Positions 54,538 through 64,000 of a DNA stretch of 64,000 nucleotides are shown here, one piece after another. Position 1 is the first letter of the stretch; each line of letters opens with the position of its first letter. The stretch covers positions 280,958 through 344,957 of the forward strand of contig CAVRAW010000005.1 in the NCBI GenBank assembly GCA_963719205.1, in the 5' to 3' direction. Made by a program: the position numbers and the translations under genes. The DNA comes from Pirellulales bacterium (GTDB taxonomy: Bacteria; Planctomycetota; Planctomycetia; Pirellulales; JADZDJ01). Below the pieces are notes generated by a model. That model was not told where the DNA came from. It ran no database searches and saw nothing but the letters and a program-made list of their open reading frames with translations.

Positions 54538-56012
54538 ATGTCGCAACGGAAGTACACATTGCTGACTGGTGCAACGGGACTAGTAGGCGGTTATTTGCTC
54601 CGCGATTTTCTGAAGGCGGAAGTTGCGGTTGCCGTCCTGCGCGCTCGAACCACATGGCGTCCGCGGGGGGGCGGATCGACGCAGTTATGCGGCGTTGGGA
54701 GGACTTGGCCGGTTGCTTTTTGCCACGGCCTGTGGTGCTCGAAGGCGATCTTCGGGATCCTCATTTAGGGCTCAATGATCGCGACGCTGCTTGGGTCGCG
54801 GACAACTGTGATGCGGCCGTTCACAATGCAGCCAGCATGACGTTCCGCGAAGACAGCCACGGAGAGCCGTTCCGCACGAACGTCGACGGAATACGGAACT
54901 TGCTGGTAATTTGCGAACAGGCGGAGATCAGGAAATTCCATCATGTTTCGACGGCATACGTGTGCGGTCTTCGGGATAGTCTGATCTTTGAGGATGAACT
55001 GGACGTCGGCCAGCAAAACGGCAACGTTTACGAGATCAGCAAGTTGACCGCCGAGAAGATGGTGCGTGGGGCCGGATTTCTTAAGGAGTTGACAGTCTAT
55101 CGGCCCGCCAGCGTCGTTGGAGACTCGCAGACCGGTTACACCACGTCAACGCACGGCTTCTATTTGCCGCTGCAATTGGCCTATGCCATGGCCGACAAGG
55201 TTCCGACCCAGCTGATGGGCGACCGGTTCTTTCGGTTGCTTGGGCTGCAGGGAAACGAGGGCAAGAATCTGGTGCCGGTTGACTGGCTGTCAGCAGCGAT
55301 TGTGTACGTCGTGACTCACTCGGAGCACCATGGGAAGACGTATCACCTCACCAATCCATGCCCGGTGACGGTGCAGTGCATCCAGGAAGTGGTGCAAGAA
55401 GCCATTGAGAAGTATTCGTCGCGCCGCTTCGTCGGATCTCTGAGCGAGGAAGAGATTTCCCAATACGAGGAATTGTTTCGAAACTATATGGAGGTTTATC
55501 GGTCGCACTGGCGGGATGATCCGATCTTCGACCGTACAAACAGCGATGCTGCGCTCGCTCATTTGCCATGTCCACCGATTGATCATGATATGCTCCTGCG
55601 AATCGCGGGCTACCCGGTGCAGCAACGATTCATCTTGAAGCGCACGGCACCGACAGAGACTGGATTTCGGCCCCAAACTCATTTGCAGCGGTTTGCCCGC
55701 TGCGCCAGTCGGACAAATGGCAGCGCCGAGACAGAACAGAGCATCGGTATTAACATCACGGGCCGCGGTGGCGGACAGTGGCGAATCATTGTTCGCAATA
55801 ATCAGGTCGTGGGCATTGAATTGGGCCTGGGTTCCTTGGATCAGGCACAATTCTACATGAACTCAGACACATTTTTATCGCTTGTCGAAGGGCGATGTTC
55901 GGTTGACCAGTCGCTATGCGCTGGACGCATCTTCATCGAAGGCGGTAATGGTGGCATCGGCGGCCACCAGGAACACGTCAGGATTCTCGAGCACGTCGTC
56001 TCCTCTCGTTGA
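54538..56012 (+). CDS. thioester reductase-type SDR (NAD_binding_4 / fatty acyl reductase-like) fused to a C-terminal SCP2 lipid-binding domain, frame broken near 54642
   Basis: LLTGATGLVGGYLL (Rossmann), HNAASM, HHVSTAYVCG and YEISK (YxxxK). The C-terminal INITGRGGGQWRIIVRNNQVVGIELG..DTFLSLVEGRCSVDQSLCAGRIFIEGGNG is SCP2-like. ORFs 54538..54768 and 54654..56012 join at ..AVAVLRA|SNHMASAGGRIDAV. Confidence 0.8.
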
Positions 56013-56134
56013 GAAAATCGGCCGAACGGCAGAAAGCATTCTGCCGCGACACCAAGCGATGGCTGAACAACAAAGAGTTCAGACGGCTTGGATGCGCGAA
56101 TGATGAATGTGAAAGTCACGACGGTTCACAAGTT

Positions 56135-59100
56135 ATGAATAACTCCAAAGAGCGCACAAACGTTCCCGTGGCCATCATCGGCATGGCCTGCCGTTTACCT
56201 GGCGCTGACAATCTGGAGCAATACTGGGAGCTCTTGGTCGGCGGAAAGTGCGTTGTCGGCGAATTGCCGCACGAGCGTCTCGATCAGAGCATGTACTATG
56301 ATCCATGTCGTGGAAAGCGCGGCAAAACCTATTCGAAGCTTGGGGCCATCGTTTCGAGCCGCGACTTCGACCGCGGATCCTGCCCAATACCAACAGAATT
56401 AGAACGCAACGTCGACCTTGCGCATTTGCTGACGTGCCAGGTTGCAGCCGAGGCGTGCCGTCATGCCGGCCTAGATCCCTTCAATCTGCTGCTAAGGAAT
56501 ACGGGCGTCTACATCGGTCACGCACAAGGAAGCGACTTGTCCGGCGAATATATCTATGGCACTTGCATTGAAGAGGCCTGCGCAGTTTCTGCGCGAGGTT
56601 GAAGGCTTTCAGCAATTGCCGCCGGAGATGCAAGCGTCGGTTATCCGCGAGGTGGTCGAGACAGTCCGATCGGAAATGCCCAAACGAACGACAGACGCCC
56701 CGGACGTGGCGATTCACATGGCGGCGGGAACGATTTCCAAGGCCTTTGGGCTCACCGGCCCGTACATGGCGGTGAATTCAGCTTGTGCATCATCGCTGCA
56801 AACGATTCAGCTCGGTGTCCGCGCCTTGCAGATGGGGCGGATTGATATGGCCATTGTCGGTGGAGCTTCCGACCTCAAGTCGGACACGCTGGTCTTGTTC
56901 TCGCACGCCCAGTCGATGAGCGAAACCGGTTCGCGTCCTTTTGACGCCAGCGCCGACGGCCTGATTTGTTCTGAAGGCTACGTGGCTCTGGTGCTCAAGA
57001 CGTTGCCGAGGGCGCTAGCCGACGGCGACCCGATCCAGGCGGTCATTGTGGGATTAGGCGCTTCCTCGGACGGTCGAGGCAAGAGTCTGTGGGCGCCCGA
57101 AAGGAAGGGCAAATAAAGGCCATGGAGCGCGCCTACCGGAATGGAATCGACATGGCGTCGCTCCAATATATCGAGGCTCACGCGACATCGACGAGTCTCG
57201 GCGATGCCACAGAACTCAACACGTTGGTCGAAGTGTTCGGCCAGAAGTTTCCGCAGGGGAAAAGAATTCCAGTAGCCAGTGTCAAGGCGAACATCGGGCA
57301 CGCACTCGAATCGGCAGGTATCGCAGGCGTCATTAAGACCATCTTGTGCATGCAGCGTCGGACGATTGCCCCGGCAATCAATATTCAGTCACTCAACCCG
57401 AAGATCGATTGGGAAACGGCGCCAGTTTATGTCCCGCTGCAGCGCGAGAGCTGGCCGGAACAGCCCGATGGAACGCCACGTCGAGCCGCGGTAAACGCTT
57501 TTGGGATCGGCGGCTTAAATGTCCACATAGTCTTGGAAGAGTTTACCGAGGCGCGACGGTCCGAACTTTCTCAACCCTCCGCGAGAGAAGAACCTCAGTC
57601 GCTTCGCTCAGTGGGTGCCGCATCCTGGACGGCAGCCGAACATTCCGACCCCGACGCAATCGCCATTGTCGGAATGGGGTGCATATTCCCTGGCGCCTTG
57701 CATATAACGAAATTCTGGGAACTGCTTCGGTCCGGCCGCGACCCGAAGGGGCCCACGCCGCCTGGTCGATGGCGAGCCGATTTGGCGTATGAACGAGGCG
57801 CGCCAAAGCCCCACCGTACGCCGACGACGTTGGGCGGGTACATCACCGGCTTTGCTTACGATTGGAGGAAGCACAAGGTGCCGCCCAAGCAGGTCGAGCA
57901 GGCTGACCCCCTGCAATTCATGCTTCTGGAAGCGGTTGACCAGGCGCTTGCCGACGCGGGATACGACAAGCAGCCGTTTGACCGCTCGCGAGTGGGAGTG
58001 ATGGTCGGAACCCAATTTGGGAGCGATTTTGGTACGCAATTGGAGATCGGACTGAAGATCGTTCCTCTGGAAATCATGGTCCGGGAAGCCCTCGCCAAGC
58101 GGAGCGTTGTCGGCAGCGAGGCCGCGCAAATTGCTCGCAGTTCGCCGACGTCTTGGTGAAGCACTGGCCGGCCATCATCGACGAGACCGGCAGCTTTAGC
58201 ACAAGCACTCTCGCGTCGCGCATCACTAAGACCATGGATTTAATGGGAGGTGCCGCGGGGCTCGACAGTGGCTATACGTCGGCGGCCACGGCGCTGTCCG
58301 CCTGCAGGGACTTACTGCTGTCGGGTGATTGCGACATGATGATTTGCGCTGCAGGCCAACGGTGCATGACGCTGCCGCAATACGAAGGCATGGCGTTGGC
58401 AGGCATTCTTGCCACGAATGAGAGACCCGTCAGCCCATTTGATGCGAAGGCCAAAGGCGTAGTGCCCGCTGAAGGGGTCGGGGTGGTTCTCCTCAAGCGA
58501 CTTTCGGACGCCGTGCGCGACGGCAATCGCATCCACACAATCATCCGTGGAATTGGCGCCGTGCACGGCCGATCGGCCGACGAGGCGATGCGGCAGGCCA
58601 TGGAGCGCGCCCTCCAGGAGGCGTACGCAGCTCCTACCGACGTGGCCGCAATCGAACTGGACGGCACCGGTTTGCCAACGAGCGATGAGGAACAAATTCG
58701 CGCTGTGCTTTCGGTTTACGGCCAATCGCAACGGAAAGAGCCGCTCCTGTTGAGCACGATCGTGGGTCAGATTGGGCATACGATTGGCGCTTCGGCGATG
58801 GCATCGCTTATCAAGGCCAGCATGGAGGTCGAAAAAGGGGAGATGCCGGGCACCGTTGGTCTTGAATCACCGCTGGCGATCCTGCCTCAGAACTCCAGCG
58901 CGATCCGTGCCTCGACCGTTTTGCAGCCGATTCGTCACATGACCCCCGATGGACGACGATTGGTAGCCGTCAGCTCGTTCGGGAAGGGACTTGCTTATCA
59001 TATTTTGCTGGAACGCGGCGAACGTGTCCCCGTGATCGATGCCGCGATAAAATCCCCTGGGCTGCGGAAGGCCGACCCACGACGGCTCGTCACGACAGCG

Positions 59101-60584
59101 GCGCCGATTGGTGAAGAATTGGCCGCGGCCGACGCAATCCTTGGTTCGTCCAGAAGCAAATTCAGAATCTGTCGGCTGGGAGCTGCGACGCCGGACGAAT
59201 TAGACGCCAAAATCAAAGAGTCGCTAGGGGATTGCGCCGCAGTATTTGCGGCTGGCGAGTTCGCTCCGTTCGCCCCTGCCGATCCGTGCGCCTGGCCATC
59301 GTGGCCGACAGTGTGGAAATGCTGTCCCGGAAGTTGCAATCGGCCGCAAAGCAGTGGCGAAATCCAGATGCGGTGCCGGTATTGGAACAGCAGGGTTGCT
59401 TCTATCGGACGACTGGGGTGCGGCAACCGAGGGTGGCATTTCTATTCCCGGGACAAGGGTCGCACTATCACGGAATGCTTCGCGAGCTTGTTCGGGACGT
59501 GCCGGCTGCCGCTGCTGCAATGCGCGCGATGGACGCGGTGATGATGCAGCACGGCTTGCAGACGTTTGGGCAAATGGCCTGGGAGAATCCGAACGAACTG
59601 GGCAGCGACATTTGGGTGACACAGGTCGTAATGTTGCTGGCCGATTTGATTGTCCATGCGGCCATTATGGATCTGGGCGTGCGACCGGACTTGATTGCCG
59701 GCCACAGCTACGGCGAATTGGCGGCGATAACCGCTGGCACCTCATGGGACCTTGAGACAGCCATTACCGCGGCCAGAGCACGCTACGAGAGTATCGAAGC
59801 CACTCCTAGCGCCCGCGGTTTCATGCTGGCCACTGATGCCGGACCGCAACAGATCGAGCAATTGGCAGCCCTGCTGTCCAATCCAGTTTATGTTGCCAAT
59901 ATCAATGCGCCGGATCAAGCGGTCGTTGGAGGTCGCATCGAAGGTTTGAAGGAACTGGCTGGGTTACTGGAATCGCGAGGCCAAGTCGCCCAGATACTCT
60001 CGGTGCCCTGCCCCTATCACACGCCGCTGATGGAGGGAGTCGGCGCTTTGTTCAAGCGAACGCTGGATGCACTGTCGATCCACCCTCCGCGTGTGCCAAT
60101 GCTTTCGACGGTGACCAACCGCTACGTAGCCGAACCGGACGAGATTCGCTCAAACCTCGCCGCTCAACTCACAACGCCAGTGCGTTATTTAGAACTGGTA
60201 CAGCGCATTGCCGATGAACAATACACGGTGTTCGTAGAAGTCGGACCACAACAAGCGCTGACAAGGCTCAACCGTCGAATTCTGGAAGGTCGCGAAGTGG
60301 CAGGGATAATCGCTTGTGACAACCCGAAGCGAGCCGGATTGGAGCAACTACTGCAGGTGAGAGCTTTGCTTGAGTGCGTGGGAGGGCTGCCGGCGCCATC
60401 GGCGGCGCAACCGGTCCACATAACTGCAAAGCCTGCGGCAACCCCCGAAGCAATCCGATTGAAAAAGGGAAGCATTACCCACATCGATGCGACGGAGCGG
60501 CGCCGCCAAAAGATGCGACAAGCGGCGACAAAAGTGTCCTCAACCGCCGGTTCCGAAAACGGATGCAGTCACCAGCGATTATGA
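56135..60584 (+). CDS. type I PKS / PUFA-synthase-like subunit A: KS - inactive KS (CLF-like) - acyltransferase; frame broken 4 times
   Basis: KS1 carries VAIIGMACRLPGA, active-site VNSACASSL, EAHATSTSLGD and KANIGHALESAG. KS0 carries IAIVGMGCIFPGA, but LDSGYTSAATAL (Cys to Tyr) and ELDGTGLPTSD (His to Asp). AT carries FLFPGQGSHY, GHSYGE and PYHTPLM. Shifts lie at 56557-56590, and near 57098, 58142 and 59284. The stop overlaps the next ATG (ATGA at 60581-60584). Confidence 0.88.
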
Positions 60585-63500
60585 CGCAATCGCATGGCTC
60601 AAAGTCGCTTGTTGCACGTACGGATTCCCAACCGGCGGCCAGAACATCAATGCCCGCCGGCCGGCCTGCGCCGGATTCTTTGCCACCTGCGCGACTTGCG
60701 CCTCGAGATGCCGGTGGGGCTGGGCCGCCGCCGAGGTTGGCGCCGGCTCCCAAATCGTCCGCCGTGCTTGCGGCAACTGGAATACCGGAGCGGGCTGAGA
60801 ATTGGTCGGGCGCCTCGGACGCCGACGTACACGAGCCGCACCAATCGAAAGAGCAGAACACAGCCGAGTTGGAGCAGTTTTTGATTAACTTCGTGGTGGA
60901 GCAGACCGGTTATCCGCCGGAGGTCGTGGAGTTGGATGCGGATCTGGAGGCGGACTTGGGCATCGACAGCATCAAGAAGGCGCAAATGTTCGGCGAGCTG
61001 CGTGAGTACTTCGACGTCACGCCCACGGACAACCTGACGCTGGATGATTTTCCGACATTGCGGCACATCGTGAATTTCCTGGCCGCCGCCCCGCAAAAAG
61101 CTGCACCGCAAAAAACGGCCGCAACAGCAGTCGCGGCGCCTGCTCCGCAGGCTCCGCAGCCTGCTTCGCCACCCGCAGTTCATGCCGTGTACGCGCCGGT
61201 TGCTCGCCGGACTGGCGAGTCTGTCCCGGCGAGCCGGCCCACGCCAGCGGCCGCGCCGAACGTCGACACAGCCGAGTTGGAGCAGTTTTTGATCAACTTC
61301 GTGGTGGAGCAGACCGGTTATCCGCCGGAGGTCGTGGAGTTGGATGCGGATCTGGAAGCGGACTTGGGCATCGACAGCATCAAGAAGGCGCAAATGTTCG
61401 GCGAGCTGCGTGAGTACTTCGACGTCACGCCCACGGACAACCTGACGCTGGATGACTTTCCGACATTGCGGCACATCGTGAATTTCCTGGCCGCCGCCCC
61501 GCAAAAAGCTGCACCGCAAAAAACGGCCGCAACAGCAGTCGCGGCGCCTGCTCCGCAGGCTCCGCAGCCTGCTTCGCCACCCGCAGTTCATGCCGTGTCC
61601 GCGCCGGTTGCTCGCCGGACTGGCGAGTCTGTCCCGGCGAGCCGGCCCACGCCAGCGGCCGCGCCCAACGTCGACACAGCCGAGTTGGAGCAGTTTTTGA
61701 TCAACTTCGTGGTGGAGCAGACCGGTTATCCACCGGAGGTCGTGGAGTTGGATGCGGATCTGGAGGCGGACTTGGGCATCGACAGCATCAAGAAGGCGCA
61801 AATGTTCGGCGAGCTGCGTGAGTACTTCGACGTCACGCCCACGGACAACCTGACGCTGGATGACTTTCCGACATTGCGGCACATCGTGAATTTCCTGGCC
61901 GCCGCCCCGCAAAAAGGATCGGCTATGCCGGTGCCGTTGCCTGCTGAAAGGAAGGATTCAGCGGCGGGAACTGCTGTGTCATCCGCGGATAGCCTGGCCG
62001 CTCGGGCGAACATCACCGTCGGTGCCGTCGCGGCTACAGAGCCCAGGGGCCTCACAAACGTCGACGTGCTATACCTGCGAGGATCTTCCTACGAGATGGG
62101 CTACCAACAGGGTATCGAAAAAAAGGCGGAAATTCGGCGCATTCTGCGGCGACTTGTCGACCTCACGGACGGAGACTGGAGCGAACTGCCGATTCCGCCT
62201 GCCGCACTGGAGCAACCGGAGCGGTTCTTTTCCGCCGATGAGCTTGAGGAATTGCGTGGGCTGGCAGACGCCGTTGAGGTTCCACAATCCAATTTACAGG
62301 CGCTGAATCTGGCGTTTCGCGGCGACCTGTCAGGAAATTGTGCCCAGGTGGGCATTGCTCCAAACAGCCGCAGCGCGGCAAGCGTTTTGCACGGCTTCGT
62401 TGGCGACCTCTCATTGCCGCCGGCGCTCGTGGAAATGTTATGTCCGTTCATCGCAGTGCGCGAACCGGCTCATGGCTGGGCCTGTGCGACAGTGAGTTTT
62501 CCGGGAATGGCAGGCAGTCTTGTGGGCGTGAATGGCAACGGGCTAGCTGCGTCGCTTGGCGCTCTTTTGAATGGGCAGGATCGATCGAGCGGCCCCGTTC
62601 ATGTCGGTCCGAGCTTACGAGTCGAAGATGTGCTGCATCGTGACGGAACGATTACTCAGGCCAAAGCGAGTTTGCAGGCAAGTCGCTTACCACAGGGCTG
62701 GGTGGGACTTCTCAGCCGTTCGGGCGAAGGACGTATGTGCGTCGTTGAGCACGACGGATCAGAAATTGCGGCGCTGGAACGCGACGACCAACTATTTGCC
62801 ACGAATCACTGTCTTGTGCGCCGGAATGCATCCCCGGCACCAGCACGATCGACGGAGCGATTAGCCTGGTTGCAGCAGCGGCTGAGCGGACCGCGTGTTC
62901 CGAACAACGCGGCCGAATTGCTCGGGGCATTGGGAGAGTTGCCATCGCAGGCATCAATGCGAATTGTGGTCGTCGTCGACGCAGCGGGGGGCGATCTCTT
63001 GTTGCAGCATAATTCAACTCAAGAGCGGATTCACGTGGCGCACTTTTGCCCTGTCACCCCGCCGGGGACGTCGAAATCGCGCTCGCGGGCAATACCACGA
63101 TTGGCGACGTGGAAAACCCAGAGTGCGAAAGCCAAGATCTTCACTACGACGTGAATGAGGAAGGCCAGTACTTACGCTTTACGCTGCGCATGCGACCGTT
63201 CCCGTGGGAGACAAAGCCGGCCGAGTTTCCAAATTGGAAAGGGGCTGCTGCAATCCACGGCAATGGGGCAATGGCCGAGGCCCTGCAGCGCCGCTTGATT
63301 GCCGGCGGTGCAACCGTAGTTCGATTGCACGAATCGGATTCGCCAGAGGCGGCCGTGGCTGAATTCGAGCGCCTCTCACGGTTCCACGATCGCACACTTG
63401 TTCCTCACCTCCCTTCGCGACGAACAGCGGTTGGAACGTATCGATTCTGCTGATTGGAATCGACTCGTCGAGCGTCAGCTCCAGGTGCCGTATTTCCTCT

Positions 63501-64000
63501 GTCAGCGATTTTTTCAGTTGGCGGGCGACGCCCGACGGCTCGACGACTGTAGCGTGGTCGCGCTGGTCGACCTCGGCGGAGATTTCGGCTTCTCCGGGAA
63601 TGTGGCGACCCCCGAATCGGGCTTTCTGACGGGGCTGATGAAGGAACTTTACCTGGAACACTCGATCGTGCGTGGCTTCAAGCACGTCCGCTGCAAAGCG
63701 ATCGATGCGCCCCGCGGGGAAGAGCCCGACGTGCTGGCGGCCAATATCTGTCGCGAGCTCGCGGGTGGGACCAACGACTACGAGGTCGCATTCGTCGAGG
63801 GTCGGCGGTATGTGCAGGTGGCCCTGCCTGCGGCGGCAAAACTCGAGCCACACAGTGCAGTCCGGCCGGGAGGTACCTGGGTAGTGACCGGCGGCGCCCG
63901 GGGGATTACGGCCGAGTGTGCTTTTGAACTAGGCCGTCGATTCGGATTGAAGTTGCACCTGATCGGCAGGTCGCGGCTGGCCAGTATCGACCCGTCGTGG
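60581..64000 (+). CDS. type I PKS / PUFA-synthase-like subunit B: 3 tandem ACPs - C45/Ntn-hydrolase (IAT-like acyltransferase) domain - ketoreductase; partial at the right edge; frame broken twice
   Basis: Three copies of ELEQFLINFVVEQTGYPPEVVELDADLEADLGIDSIKKAQMFGELREYF (Ser in DSI). LRGSSYEMGYQQG...SGNCAQVG...FPGMAGSLVGVNGNGLAASL...FATNH is peptidase-C45/AAT-like. KR structural part HGNGAMAEALQRRLIAGGATVV and catalytic Rossmann GTWVVTGGARGITAECAF..LHLIGRS. Shifts lie near 63050 and 63385, and the ORF is open at 64000. Confidence 0.85.
60861..61915 (+). repeat. 408-bp tandem DNA repeat (~2.6 copies) encoding the ACP units plus Ala/Pro linkers
   Basis: Units begin at 60861, 61269 and 61677, an exact 408-nt period. 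Only a handful of substitutions separate the copies (e.g. gattaac/gatcaac, gatgatttt/gatgacttt, tacgcg/tccgcg). Confidence 0.9.

Noticed and set aside
60861-61915. A CRISPR-like or other non-coding repeat array.
   Set aside because: The 408-bp units are in frame and encode complete ACP domains with the DSI phosphopantetheine site. There is no short repeat/spacer organisation anywhere in the window.

Overview
The window reads as GC-rich chromosomal DNA. I infer a Planctomycetota (Pirellulales-like) origin from two PEP-CTERM proteins, an N-terminal LExRxLLS-type motif and the gene content.

**1-31.5 kb: conserved core on both strands.** It holds an ABC ATPase, a GT2 glycosyltransferase, ileS-purN, a PNP, argC-argJ, yicC-gmk-rpoZ-coaC-coaB, secG-tpiA, pheA, dnaK and clpB. 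Interspersed are two adjacent PEP-CTERM exoproteins: an endonuclease-I fusion and a two-lobed retropepsin-like protease.

**31.5-33.2 kb: low-GC two-gene islet after clpB.** It carries a PD-(D/E)xK nuclease-like protein plus an orphan.

**36.5-39.1 kb: a gene bracketed by tRNA fragments.** An intact TMTC-like GT-C/TPR membrane protein sits between two direct copies of the 5' half of a tRNA-Ser(UGA), each truncated at the anticodon loop. A disrupted paralog lies at 4.5-6.4 kb.

**39.1-64 kb: accessory region.** It contains two large orphan secreted proteins and a divergently oriented ATPase-FtsX-FtsX ABC transporter. The most interesting item follows: a non-canonical PUFA-synthase-like type I PKS lipid cluster.
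- Upstream genes are a crotonase, an LLM oxidoreductase, an O-methyltransferase, an FAD oxidoreductase, an acyl-AMP ligase, an MBL hydrolase and a thioester reductase-SCP2 fusion.
- The synthase genes read KS-KS0-AT, then ACPx3, an in-line C45/Ntn-hydrolase-like domain and KR, running off the right edge.

**Small repeats.** The window is littered with at least four hairpin (REP-like) families and many phased heptanucleotide arrays. Several are embedded in frame in coding sequence (clpB, ileS, and the purN, argC and coaC ends).

**Caveat on reading frames.** By my manual tally about 27-30 genes' frames are broken by single-base indels, including the essential genes ileS, argJ, coaB and pheA. 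Most apparent pseudogenes are therefore probably assembly indels. The breaks are roughly 2.5x denser in the 39-64 kb region.

I recognised no rRNA, intact tRNA, CRISPR array, integrase or transposase.
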